A stretch of 64,000 bases of DNA, taken from Mobula hypostoma (taxonomy: Eukaryota). The notes beneath the pieces were generated by a model, which did not search any database, was not told where the DNA came from, and saw only the letters and a program-made list of their open reading frames with translations. Positions 38,337 to 50,007 of the stretch are shown one piece after another. The stretch lies in NCBI RefSeq assembly GCF_963921235.1, contig NC_086097.1:158846001-158910000 (forward strand). The letters are read 5' to 3'. A program made the position numbers and the translations under genes. Within the stretch, counting starts at the first letter, position 1. The number at the start of each line of letters is the position of its first letter.

Positions 38337-39268
38337 CTAGGCAGCAGATTGCCTCCGTATAATGAAGACTCCTCTGTGCAGCTGCCCTAGATATATACAC
38401 ATCTTTGTGCTATCACTTATCTTCCTTACCATATCTCATTTGTTCCATCTGAGTTGATTACACAGCCAATCTTCGTATTCTCCTTAGATTCCAAATAGAT
38501 AGCTTGACCTTTATGATACCATCTCTTATTGTAATATAACTTTCCATCTTCTATTTGTGCTTCATATCTTTGTGCTGGTGTTTCAGCAGGAGTGCTGGGA
38601 AGATGCTCAGGAGAAGACGGAGTTGCTGGTCTTTTCAGAGATTTAAACTTATTGCGAGTTTGCAGATCTTCCATTATCTGTTCATCTGTTAACAAGTAAT
38701 TTAACTGTGCAGGTGCAGGTTTTTATCTTTTGTCTGTAATTGGAACAGGGTCATTAGGTCCCCTTCTTAGTTTCCTAGTCATTATTAACTTTACCTCCAT
38801 AGAATCTCCTGTGAGTTCCATTGTTAGCCTCTCTTTCTCAATCATCTTTTTATTTTCTTCTAACTCAATCTTTTTATCTTCAAATTCCTTCACTGCTGCT
38901 TTCTTCTCTTTAATATACCTTTCCACCTATTCTGTCTCCAGTTGCAGAAAAAGCCCTGCATTTTGTATTCTTTCCTTGTATTGTTGATCTAGTTTCTTCA
39001 TCCTTTCCTGATACTCCTACAAAGAGCCTTCCTGTAACTGCTGTAGCTGTCTTTTCAGAGATGTCAATTTCTCCTGGTGCATCTGCTCTTTTACTTCCAG
39101 GTAGTCTTCATCATTCTGCTTATTGGCAATATCTGTCTCCCTTGCATCCTCTGTATTTTCATCCGAGTCGCAGCCACGGATACTGCATTCGTCCTCATCG
39201 TTGACGCTGTCTAGCTCCTCCTCGTTGTTGTAACAGTCGACAATGGGTGAGAGGAGAGCTGTGGACAT
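38337..39268 (-). pseudogene. SUDS3: Intronless SDS3 (Sin3 histone deacetylase corepressor subunit) retrocopy inside the LTR element
   Basis: Colinear from ATG (39268) to TAG (38337): MSTALLSP...[135 protein letters not shown]. These match vertebrate SUDS3 as I recall it. Stops at 39017-39019, 38927-38929 and 38723-38725; 1-nt frameshift near 38428. Confidence 0.95.
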
Positions 39269-40395
39269 CTTCCCTGCCGAGCTGCCCTCCTTTGTTGACA
39301 CATCTAGTGCCTTGATGGTGTGCCAATCCAACTGGATTTTACTGAGCCGTTCATGTCCCAGCAACGGTGGTCCTCCATTTTTCAGTACATAGAGGTTCAG
39401 CTGCTGTGTTTTGTCTCCGTAGGTCACTGTCACTTTACTTTTACCTTTGGGATGCACCTTCTGTCCTGTGTAAGTCTTTAGCAGTAGTTTAGTACATTTC
39501 AGAGGTATATAAGAAGACAGTTGTTTGTAGTCATGTACAAAGATCACTGTTAAAGCTGAGCCTGTGTCCAACTCCATTTTCAGTCTCACGCCTGCCACTT
39601 GTGGAGTGATCCATATTACTCTTCGATCATCTGTCTCTTTCACGCTGTGAAGTTGCAGACAAGACAATTCACTTCCGTCTGAGTCATTTTCATCAGAACT
39701 GCTTTCTTCCATGTTGTGTGCATTGTTGTGTTTTCCTTTCTGGCGTTTCTTGTTTCTCTGTATTCTTGTTCCTTCTTCTGCTGTTTACTAGCTTTGCATA
39801 CTCTGCCAATGTGGCCCTGTTTGCCACAGTTTCTGCATTCTTTGTCTTTAAACCAACAGTTATCTGGATCATGTGACCTGTTCCCATGCTGGTAACATTT
39901 CTGTCCTTCATTTCTGTTCAGTGACATTTTATTTGTGGCATATTCCAGAGATTTTTGTTGTATCTCAGAAGCACCCTGTACTGCTGTTGCCGTTGATATT
40001 GCAATGTTTAGCGCTTTTTCAAATGTAAGGTCTCTTTCACACAGAAGCTTCTTCTGTGTGGTTTCACAGTGCATGCCACACACCAACCTGTCCCTCAATG
40101 CGTCCGATAGACCTGCTCCAAATTGACGATGTTCTGATAGTTTGCACAATTCAGCACAATATTGAGAAATGCTTTCATTTTTTGCTCTGATTCTGACTGT
40201 GAAATTTAAATCCTTCAGCAATGACCAGTGGTTTGGGGTTTAAATGCTGTTGGAGAGTGTCTACTATTTGCTTGAACGTTTTATCAGCTGGCTTTTCAGG
40301 GGTGAACAAGCTCTGTAGCAGGCCGTATGTTTTTGCTCCCATAAGACGCTGGCTTTCTTTTCATCCTTAACACCACTAACCTCACAATATAACTC

Positions 40396-40606
40396 ATCAA
40401 AGTTGCTGGTGAACGCAGCAGGCCAGGCAGCATCTATAGGAAGAGGCGCAGTCGACGTTTCAGGCCGAGACCCTAGTCCTGACGAAGGGTCTCGGCCTGA
40501 AACGTCGACTGCGCCTCTTCCTATAGATGCTGCCTGGCCTGCTGCGTTCACCAGCAACTTTGATGTGTGTTGCTTGAATTTCCAGCATCTGCAGAATTCC
40601 TGTTGT
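40396..40606 (+). mobile_element. Palindromic Penelope-like mini-insertion (inverted pseudo-LTR) with a 14-bp TSD
   Basis: TCACAATATAACTC at 40382-40395 and 40607-40620. Perfect 80-bp inverted arms at 40395-40474 and 40486-40565. Confidence 0.92.
40475..40510 (+). ncRNA. Minimal type I hammerhead ribozyme motif of a Penelope-like element
   Basis: Stem I AGTC/GACT, core CTGACGA, stem II AGG-gtctcgg-CCT, GAAA, palindromic ACGT helix III, and cleavage triplet GTC. Confidence 0.8.
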
Positions 40607-41062
40607 TCACAATATAACTCCACTCTTTCAATGTAAGTTGCCCAGTCTTCAATGGCACTATCAAATGCTGTAATGGTTCCAATCATCACCATCTTTTTTA
40701 TGTTAATTAAGCCCCGTTCCCCCCTTATTTTCCTTTTTTGACTCGTGTCCCATTTGCTAGCACCACGAGCGCACTCTGTCTAGATGTGTGTGTGCCGCTC
40801 CTTTTTATCTCCCTTCTGGAGCAGGCAGACCCTCAGTCCCTGGGGGTCAGCGCCGGCCGTGGTCTCGGCTGGACGTGCTGTGGCTCCGACTGTGTCTCTT
40901 GGTCTCCCAACGTTCCCGACCCTGGCTGTGCTCCCGCTTCCTTTCAGACTCGCAGCCTCGCTCTGCCTCCTTCTCTCGCTCCTTGGCTCGTTCCTTGCAC
41001 TCTTCTTCTGAGTGTCGTTATCAATTAAAACACGGTGTTCCGATACGATGTAGGTTCATTAA

Positions 41063-41073
41063 CCTCGTCGCCA
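41063..41073 (-). promoter_or_regulatory. Primer-binding site complementary to the 3' end of tRNA-Ser(GCU)
   Basis: Minus strand TGGCGACGAGG, 3 nt inside the 5' LTR. Vertebrate tRNA-Ser(GCU) ends ...CCUCGUCGCCA. Confidence 0.85.
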
Positions 41074-41076
41074 ATG

Positions 41077-41299
41077 TGTTGTGTATGTGGCCTGGCTACA
41101 CAACAATGCTATTAATAAGAACACTGGAGACGGGAGCTAAGGTTCATGGTTCTTTACTGGCAGAAACCGAACTCGGCACACAAGTACAGATCAATATGCG
41201 CCTAATTGCGCATGCGCAATATGTGCCTAATAGCGCATTCAACAATGTGTTACTAAAACATAAAGTAGTCCCTTATTATACTGTAGGCTATACGGTACA
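41077..41299 (-). repeat. 5' LTR (223 bp)
   Basis: Direct repeat of 37797-37994 plus the extra 25-bp unit AATATGCGCCTAATTGCGCATGCGC. Confidence 0.95.
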
Positions 41300-44200
41300 G
41301 TCAGAAATGTTTAAGCCCATTAAACTGACAATAAATATTTTAGTACAGTTTAATAATATTGGCATTTATTAAATATAGTCAGTAAAATCACTTATAAAGA
41401 AATGAAAATTACCCCATGTTCCCCATTCTCCATTAAAATGAATAGAGTCTCGTATCCTACATCAGGTCTGTAATACTGGGGAATCCCAGCAAAATTAGGC
41501 TCCGTCGTTAGATTCTATGTGAAATCTGGTGATGGACAGAACAGTAGATAGAGAGTCAGCTCTCTTTCAGAAAGGCCTGGACTGGTGTATTTTGTTGCTT
41601 GAACCAAAAGAAATACCAAAGCTTTGTAGATTTTTGCAGATGATCTAAATAACATTTACAATGCTGATTGAGAGTTGCTGGGAATTTCAGTCTGCCCCTG
41701 TGGGTGATTTAAGAAGCTCACACTGCATCTTGAACTTTGTAAGCAAGCTACCTTGAGCTGTTTAACAAAAGGAATAAATAGCCATTATTCAAGATGCAAT
41801 GGTGCTTAAGAGCAGTGTGCTGTTACCAGGACACTGAGGAGTGATCAGCAAACAAGATGAGATGTTTAGCTTCAGATGGAACACTTGCAGAAGTTCAAAT
41901 AATTAGAAGGGATCCAATAAAATTCTCACTCGAAAACAATGCCCCGAGGCACTGTATAGAATGTATTGTGTGGAAAATCATCATTATTAAATGATTCATG
42001 TAATTTAAAGGAGAAAGGCATCATGATGTTCCTGTAAAACCGCCCCGCTATTCCTAAATATTAAAAAAGTACTGATCAGTCATCTTGTTACTGTATTCTA
42101 CTACCTACACATACGATTAGTTTATTTTTTTCTGCAGTCTGAACTGGAAGCAGAATTAGGCCATTTGAACTCTCTTGTTTGCTCCAACATTCAATATAAT
42201 CATGGCTGATCCTTTACCTCAGAACAACTTTCCTGCCAGCACCCATATCGCTTGATTCTCCAATGGCCAAAATACTTCCTGATTATAAATGGTGAACCAT
42301 TGCTCCTTCATTTCATCTACCTGACTGTTTAGAACCGACCACAGTTATATTCTACTTTGTTGTCCACATATATCATTTCTTCATTATTTTCCTGTTCTGT
42401 AGCCGCCAACACATCTCTTCTCATGCCCCGGAAATCTCCTTAACTTAATTTTATGCAGATAAAAGTTTTGTTCCTCTGTTCTTGCCAAAAATTCATTCCC
42501 ATTCCCCATGGAGCTCAGCTTTGTTACTCTGTTTGCCCTGGCTACATCCTTCACTGAGATCACTCTTTCACTGTTCTGTCTCTGTCTTTGTATACAGCTT
42601 CCCTTGACTGTCTGCACTCTATAATAATAACTCCTCCAACATTTCCCTGTTAGCTCATCCTACATAAGCTTTAATTTGTCTCACAATTTGTCATCCACAT
42701 GTGTCATGCTCAATTTTGCTGCCTTGTCACTCTTCACCTCGTGAACTCTTCATTGGTTTTCAAAGAGTTGAAAGCAGGAACATTTTCAGTTTGCTTCTTT
42801 ATTTGTCTGTTGGCTTACCCCTACATATCTTATGAACATATTTTAGTCTTGCATGATGGTGCATTTTTTTCCAGTGTTGAAACATTAATACTGTTTGCAA
42901 TTGCCAACAATCCATTGAACTTTAACAGACTAGCTGGCAGTTATCTTTTTTACATATTAAAATATTGTTGCTTAAATTATTTAGCTTTGTTCTGTTCTTC
43001 AAAAAAATCAGTATATACCAATGGTCCTGCAATCTTTCTTCTATCATCTGCTTTCACCTTGGTGAAGAACTTTTTTTTTAAAGAACAAGAAGTCATTGGT
43101 CTCAGAACACTTCCAGTATTTTTTTGTTTTTATTTTAAATTTTGAGCATCTGCATTTTAGATTTTTAACTTTGCTACCATGTTCTGGTATTGAACATATT
43201 TATTATATGAATGCAAAATTAAACATTACATTCTTTTGTTTTGTGTTAATTTGTATAAATTATCATTTCATATAAATTCCCTTTTGGCATATTTTGATTA
43301 CTTTTTATACTGATGAAAGTCAAAATATCTTGGAAAATATGCCTTTTTGCTAAAATCTGCAGAAGACTTGGTGCAAAGTGCCTCAGTATGCTTTCAACCA
43401 TCATGTGCAATTTTGTCAGAAGCCTATTAATAAAAACCACATTTCTGAATACTCATTGTAAACTATCCAGAAACCTGTCAGGATATTAGCATGCTAATTC
43501 ATTAATTGGACTAGAACACAGATTAAAAGCCAATCAATCCTCTGACGCAACTTTCCTGCCTTCATTTATAATTAATTTTTTGACTTTGAGAAAACCAACC
43601 AGGATGTTCTTTCCCACCCCTACCCTTCTCTAGCATCCAACTGCCATAATGCTGGGCTTGATATACCCCCACCCATGTTAAAGTTCTGTAAAGCATGTGA
43701 TCCCGGAAGAATTAGAGTAGTGCAGCAGAGTTAGGGGAAGGGTATCTTTTGGGAAAAATATGCTGCCAATTGTGTTGACGTAAAATGTTCAATTCATTGG
43801 GATCTGAGCATTTTAATGTGGAAGAGCAACTATCACATTGGCTATTGTGCACTACATCTTACCACACTACCAAAGCCTTTGGATTGTAATAGAACTGCTG
43901 TGTTCAAAACTTGAGAGGCAAATTTGTTCCTGAGTGACCACTTCGTTTATGATACTCCATTTGACAAAAGCAATTTTGATGTGAAAATAAATCATTCTTT
44001 TTTATTATACATTTAGTTTCCAATTTTTCATTAGCTTGAAAGCCGGAGGCTCCCTCATGAAACACCAATTTCAAAAAAAGGAGCTTTTCAGTTTTTGTAA
44101 TTTTTGCCATTAAAATATTTGAACTGGAACAAAAGAAGTATATGAAGAAATATGGTAGCTTAAACTAATCCAATTATAGCACCAGTCCATGCAATACTGA

Positions 44201-45794
44201 AGAGTTCAAAGAAGGAAAGATAGGAAATTAATTGGAAATAATTTTCAGAAGAGATGATTTGCTGTTTTCTCCTCAGAAGAAAACTTTGTTGAAAACAAAC
44301 TTGGATACTTGGCTCAGCATGACAGTTGTCAAGTGCATTTTATGCTTTGTTCCTGACTGACACAGATCAAAGGATGCAGATTATGAGTCTTGCACAGCAG
44401 TTGGGACAATGCAAAAGCTTTTAGATTCTCTGGGTTCAGCAGTGGGAAAAATAACCAGGCTTTTAATTTGCGTCCTCTGCTGGAGATTCTGCACTTGTGG
44501 ATGGCGGGCATGGAGAACATCTTGCCGACACCCTGTGCTTCTGTTCACATGACAAAGTTAGGTGAGGTAATGGAGGCTCTCTAATCACCATGGAAACAGG
44601 CTGCAGCATGAGTCATATTTCAAGCAAATGATGGGAATAGATTGGAAAAAGTAACAACTTGACAATGCAGACCGCCTTAGATACCACCTACACACAAACA
44701 AAATGTGTTGAAAGGCTTCTTCCTATGGTGGACTGTGTCAGCAAGACTGCAAAGGGTATAATGAATTGACTGTAATTTTAGCTACACTGTCAGCATAAGT
44801 ACTCACTGGATAAGAGGCCAGTTATTTAGAACAGGGACAAGGAGAATTTTTATCTTAATCAGAGGTCTGAAACTCTTGAGATTTTTTCTCACTGCAAAGG
44901 GTTATTTGATATATTCAAGGTATGAGATTGATGGACACTTAAGAATTACTCAAGGGCATGGAATTGGGGTACTGTATCAACCAAGAAATTAGATAGAGTA
45001 GATGTATTGGGTTATGCAAACTACCCTGTTCCTATTTTTGTTCTTCTCACATACAGTAACTTCTAATATTTTACAGGTGCTTTATTGTTTGATTGTTGGT
45101 GTGCTTATGACCAGACAAAACCTTACGCCATTGCTGAGTTATTACAAATTAGTCTTTGGTTCCTGGGTTTTAAACTTCTTTACATTCCACAAACCGCAGA
45201 GAGCAGTTTGTTGAGCTCGTGAGAAAGAGCAACTATGTCGGGGGAGCAGTGTGACGTGCCTTGATTTCCACACACAGCGATTAAAGGAGAAGTTAAAGCA
45301 CAAAAGTGCATCATTTTTTAAGCCAAATAAGATATTTGCAAGATCACTGGCTGTGGGAGTTTGACCTTTATTTAAAAAAAAACACAAAAAAGGTTGTGTC
45401 AGAGTGATGAAAAAAGCTTAAAGATGGGAGATGTGTGGTCTATTGGGTGACATTTAAGTCCCAGCTTGGAAAATTGACAAAGATGGAGAAAGTTACAATG
45501 GTTCTCAGAAGTCATCAGTGAAGGGAGTTTTAAAACTGAGATTGACATCATCTTGATTAACCTGTTAGCGATCTTGTTACCTTCCTTTTAAATTGGGCAA
45601 AACTTGTTATATGTCACATACAATGAATACTGCATTGTGAGCAAAGACAACAAATGCTACTTGTAGGATTAATTAGCAAGCTTCATAGCCAAAACCTGAT
45701 GGTTACCTTTCAGTGTACTGTGGAAGGACAGTTGTTTAATGGATGTATCATTATCTTTTTATTGCCAATTTGTGGATTTCAGCCTGGTTCACAC

Positions 45795-46529
45795 GTAGTA
45801 CCAAATTTCTTGGTGTTCACCTGGTGGAGAATCTCACCTGGTCCCTCAACACCAGCTTCATAGCAAAGAAAGCCCAGCAGCACCTCTACTTTCTGCGAAG
45901 GCTGAGAAAAGTCCATCTCCCACGCCCCATCCTCACCACATTCTACAGAGGTTGTATTGAGAGCATCCTGAGCAGCTGCATCACGGCCTGGTTCGGAAAT
46001 TGTACCATCTCGGATCACAAGACCCTGTAGCGGATAGTGAGGTCAGCTGAGAAGATCATTGGGGTCTCTCTTCCCGCCATTACAGACATTTACACCATAC
46101 ACTGCATCCGCAAAGCAAACAGCATTGTGAAGGACCCCACGCACCCCTCATACAAACTCTTCTCCCTCCTGTCATCTGGCAAAAGGCACTGAAGTATTCG
46201 GGCTGTCACCACCAGACTATGTAACTGTTTCTCCCCCAAGTCATTAGACTCCTCGATACCCAGAGCCTGGACTGACACCAACCTACTGCCCTCTACTGTG
46301 CCTATTGTCTTGTTTATCATTTATTGTAATGCCTGCACTGTTTTGTGCAATTTATGCAGTCCTGGGTAGGTCTGTAGTCTATTATAGTTTTTGTGTTGTT
46401 TTACATAGTTCAGTGTAGTTTTTGTATTGTTCATAGAGCACCATGGTCCTGAAAAACATGGTCTCGTTTTTACTGTGTACTGTACCAGCAGTTATGGTCG
46501 AAATGACAATAAAAAGTGACTTGACTTGA
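45795..46529 (+). mobile_element. Rex1/Babar LINE 3' fragment
   Basis: [18 protein letters not shown]...[15 protein letters not shown]...[10 protein letters not shown]. Ends AATAAAAAGTGACTTGACTTGA. Confidence 0.88.
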
Positions 46530-46813
46530 GTAAAAGATCGAGAATGGCACATTGCTCAGTTTATGCTGTTTTTTGACATCTGCCATTCTTGAAAGAGCCC
46601 TTCTGATGGGAGGGCAGGTGTCCATCTGTAAGTCGTTCTGAAGAGCATAGGAAAGAGGAGCAGAAGTAGATCATTCAGGCCCACCAGGTTGTTGCACCAT
46701 TCAGTAAAATCATGCTTGATCATTTACCCCTGCACCATTTTCTTATTCTGTTCCAATGGTTCTCGATTTGCCTAATATCCAGAAATCTATGTATTAACTC
46801 TCAGTTTTGAATG

Positions 46814-48704
46814 CAGACATCCCACCTCTCCCAGGAGTTCCGGGAGTCTCCCGCATATCGACAGCGGCTCCCTGATGCCCGCAAGTTATATACAATATCC
46901 CGGAAATAGATTTTTTAGAGAGGGAGAGGGAGAGGGAAAAAAAAGAAAGGAAAAAAATGAATGAATCCTGCTCGATCTCTCTTTGTGCTAAGTAGACCTA
47001 TCCATTTTCTCTGTGGGCGGGCTTTACAGTCAACCTCTCTCTCTCTCTCTCTCTTCCATAGTTCATCAGCTCAGTTACTGCCGTCTGTGATGATGCTGAA
47101 ATCATCAGACAGCTGTCGGTGATGAAGTACAAAAGCCTAGTGAAGAAATACCCAAGGCTGGCGGTGGCAACCTGACTACGTGAGGCTGTCCTATACGGGC
47201 GGGGCACGTTGGCATCTTAAAGGGGATTAGAGCAAAATTCCAAAATCGTCCGCTAAGACATCTCTAAAAAATGCGCTCGCAGCAAGCAAATTCTTCGGGT
47301 TTTTTTTCCTGAAACACTTCCACTAACAGGTACATCGAAGCTTGCGATGGGCTGGGTTTAAGCACAGCCGTTTTCAGAAGAAAAAACAATTTTAATAAAT
47401 ACCCGGCCCCCACCGGGGTCTCGTCATTAGAACAGCAAACTCTTTACCTGTGCTGCACACTTTATATGCATTTTGAATTACACTTTATTAAATAATATGG
47501 TAATATATTGTTTTATGTGGTGTGTATGATATATGTATTGTGGCTACACCATGGTCCGGACAGAGGTTGTTTCGTTTGTGGACCATCAGCCAGATGACAA
47601 TAAACTTGAACTTGAAGATACAGAACTTCTAAATCAGTCATTTAAAATCCCCCATTTTGATGTAAGAAAGTAAGTTCTGATCCCAACAATTCATCGTCGT
47701 CATGGCTATCCCTCGAGGTCGAGGATGATGGCCTTTGTTCTATTGATCTGTAAGAAGTGGCCCACAGAGCGAAGGTGCCTGTGCGTGTATTTGTTTAACG
47801 TGTACTTGATGTTGCACTCCAAGAAGCACACGATACTTCACAAATCAATCAACTGATTCCAATGGCATGGAAACCACGGCGATTGGAGCTGATGGATTTG
47901 TTGCAGCCTTCATCCACCTTCACAGCCTTTGAGATCGAAGTAACTTCATCCGCCTGTTCCACCGTTGAGTCTCGGTTGGATTGTTCTTTGTCAGGGACCT
48001 CACTCTCGACCTTACTGCCATGGGTGACCCTACCAGGAGCATAGCTCCAGGCGGCATTGCTCTCGGGATCTCAGGACCACACAAGCTTCTCCACCACGAC
48101 AAGGTGACAATCCGACAATCCACAGAGGAGTCCTAACTCTGTGTGCGTGTGTGTGTGTGTGTCTGAGTGTGAGACCACAGACGTATATGTGATCTGACGT
48201 TGTCCGAATGGACATTAAGCGGCGCACACCAGTAATAAGGATACACCTTATGCTTTTATTTTTTTAAGGGACCACAACATATTAGGGAGGCTAAGCGCAG
48301 GGAAGGCTACTCAAGTATTTCACAGTTTTTTTCAGCAGAAACCAAAGTCTGATAGAGAAGGTCACTAGAGCTGAGGTGTTCTTTACATCTTTCATCGTTG
48401 AGCATAACCTGCCATTCCAAGTGTGTAAGCACACAGGCAAGCTATTCAGGAAAATGTTTCCTGATTCAGAAATAGCAAAAAACTATGCCTGCTCATCAAC
48501 CAAGCCAGCAGCTATTGTGAACATGGCACATTAAGACAGAATTCAGAAGTCAGCTGTCTCACAAAACACTTGTGAATCTGATGTCTTGCAAAATTAACAA
48601 ATTCATTGACACAGACTGCTATGAGGTTGAGACTTCCAGTCGAGACCTCCCTGAAATGAAGTTGAGACATCCCTGAAATGAGTTTTTGCAGGGTGGGATG
48701 TCTG
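46814..48704 (+). mobile_element. hAT-like non-autonomous DNA transposon with a 6-bp TSD and nested retroelements
   Basis: TIRs CAGACATCCCACC / GGTGGGATGTCTG. TGAATG at 46808-46813 and 48705-48710. Transposase remnant at 48361-48534: VTRAEVFFTSFIVEHNLPFQVCKHTGKLFRKMFPDSEIAKNYACSSTK. Confidence 0.8.
47691..48113 (-). mobile_element. RTE-clade bipartite non-autonomous element (5' UTR joined to 3' tail)
   Basis: Minus-strand 5' end GTCACCTTGTCGTGGTGGAG...CTGGTAGGGTCACCCATGGC resembles Rex3/Expander RTE 5' UTRs. 3' end ATCCTCGACCTCGAGGGATAG is a hairpin followed by GAT/GAC repeats. Confidence 0.65.
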
Positions 48705-49968
48705 TGAATGCAATTAATGAGTGAACTTCCATAGCATCTTGGCTAGAGAATTCTAAAGATTTATTACCCCCTGTGTGAAGATACCTCCTCATTTCAGTCT
48801 TAAGTGGCTTACCCCTAATTTTACCCCGAACTCCTAAACCAGAGATTATAATTTCATCTACCCTATTGAGCGCACTAATTATCTTGTATGCTTTGGGGCA
48901 ACACAGTAACACAGCTGAATTACATCTCTAGTGATGGTGATTAATCCTATCCTCTAGCTCTATTTTTGGGGAATCTAACCATTCTCCATGACTGTATAGG
49001 TTTCTTCCCATGTTCAAACTTGGGTTGGTAGGTTAATTGGCCGCCTTATTATATAGTATCTAGGTAGCATCTGTGGAGAATCATTGGGAATGTAAGAAGA
49101 GTAAAATATGATTAGTATAGGATTAAATGGGTGTTTGAAATGCGTTGTAGTCTCAAAGGAATGAAGAGACCCTTTCCATGCTGTATAATGCTGTAATCAT
49201 CTCAATTAGGTCAGCTTTCATTCTCATAAACTTTAGGGACTAGAAATACAACCTTCTCAATCTCTCCTTTTATGGCTAACCTACCATTCCAAGGACCTTC
49301 GCTGCAATTCTTCTGCTACTGGTATATCCTTCATTTGATAAGGAAAACAAAATAGTGTACGATATTACTGGTGTCATCTCACTAAGGTCCTATATAGTCT
49401 TAGAAAGATGTCTATCCCTCTATTTGCTCACAAATCTTTTTTATCTCATTAAAAGTCAACAAACAGTTTGCTTTCATAATTGCCTCTGTTGAAATATTCT
49501 TCATATTTTTATGAGTGATAGCCTATCAACCAGTTTATTCTTTGTTTACTATCTTCTATCAGCATTTATCCCTCTCTATGATATTAGTCCTATTTTATGT
49601 GCTCGTACCTTTTTCTGTAATTTCCTGTATAGGACTTTATTAAGACTATCTGAAAATACAAATACACATATCATTTCCCATCATCTGTAGTATTAGATAC
49701 TTTATATTTTTAAAGAATTCCCTTTGATAAATTTCTTTCATAAATCCACATTGACCTTACTCAATTATATTATTATCTACACAAACTTTAATATAGCATT
49801 TGACAAGGTCTTTCATAATAAAAGATTAAGTCTCACAGAATCCACAGGGAGATGGTAAGTTAGATGCAACAGAAGGATAGTAATAGAAGGATGTTTCTCC
49901 TGCCTGGAGATCTGTGGACAGTTGTGTTCTGCAAAGATCAATGCTGTTGTCCTGTTGTCTATGATACA

Positions 49969-49969
<1 letters not shown>

Positions 49970-50004
<35 letters not shown>
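49970..50004. repeat. (TA)n microsatellite within a degraded CR1 (about 49790-50567)
   Basis: Uninterrupted TA run, 35 nt. Confidence 0.95.

Positions 50005-50007
<3 letters not shown>

Larger units (their letters stand above)
39285..40692 (-). pseudogene. gag and aspartic protease of the LTR element (frameshifted)
   Basis: Gag start IGTITAFDSAIEDWATYIERVELYCE, then LRDRLVCG. Zinc knuckles CYQHGNRSHDPDNC (decayed) and CRNCGKQGHIGRVC. Protease [11 protein letters not shown]...[13 protein letters not shown]. Confidence 0.92.
37797..41299 (-). mobile_element. Mag-like Ty3/gypsy LTR retrotransposon carrying a captured SUDS3 cDNA in place of RT-RH-IN
   Basis: LTRs TG...CA at 37797-37994 and 41077-41299. 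TSD GTTAG/GTCAG (37792-37796, 41300-41304). PBS, PPT, gag with two zinc knuckles, and a DTG protease are present. Confidence 0.95.

Noticed and set aside
38337..39268. SUDS3 as the functional host gene of this window
   Set aside because: It is intronless, has three stops and a frameshift, and is enclosed by LTRs, PBS and PPT.
40264..40692. 142-aa ORF (and antisense 40403-40636) as a novel protein with a domesticated insert
   Set aside because: It is the gag N-terminus plus the palindromic Penelope insert. Gag is frameshifted just downstream, so frame preservation is probably chance.
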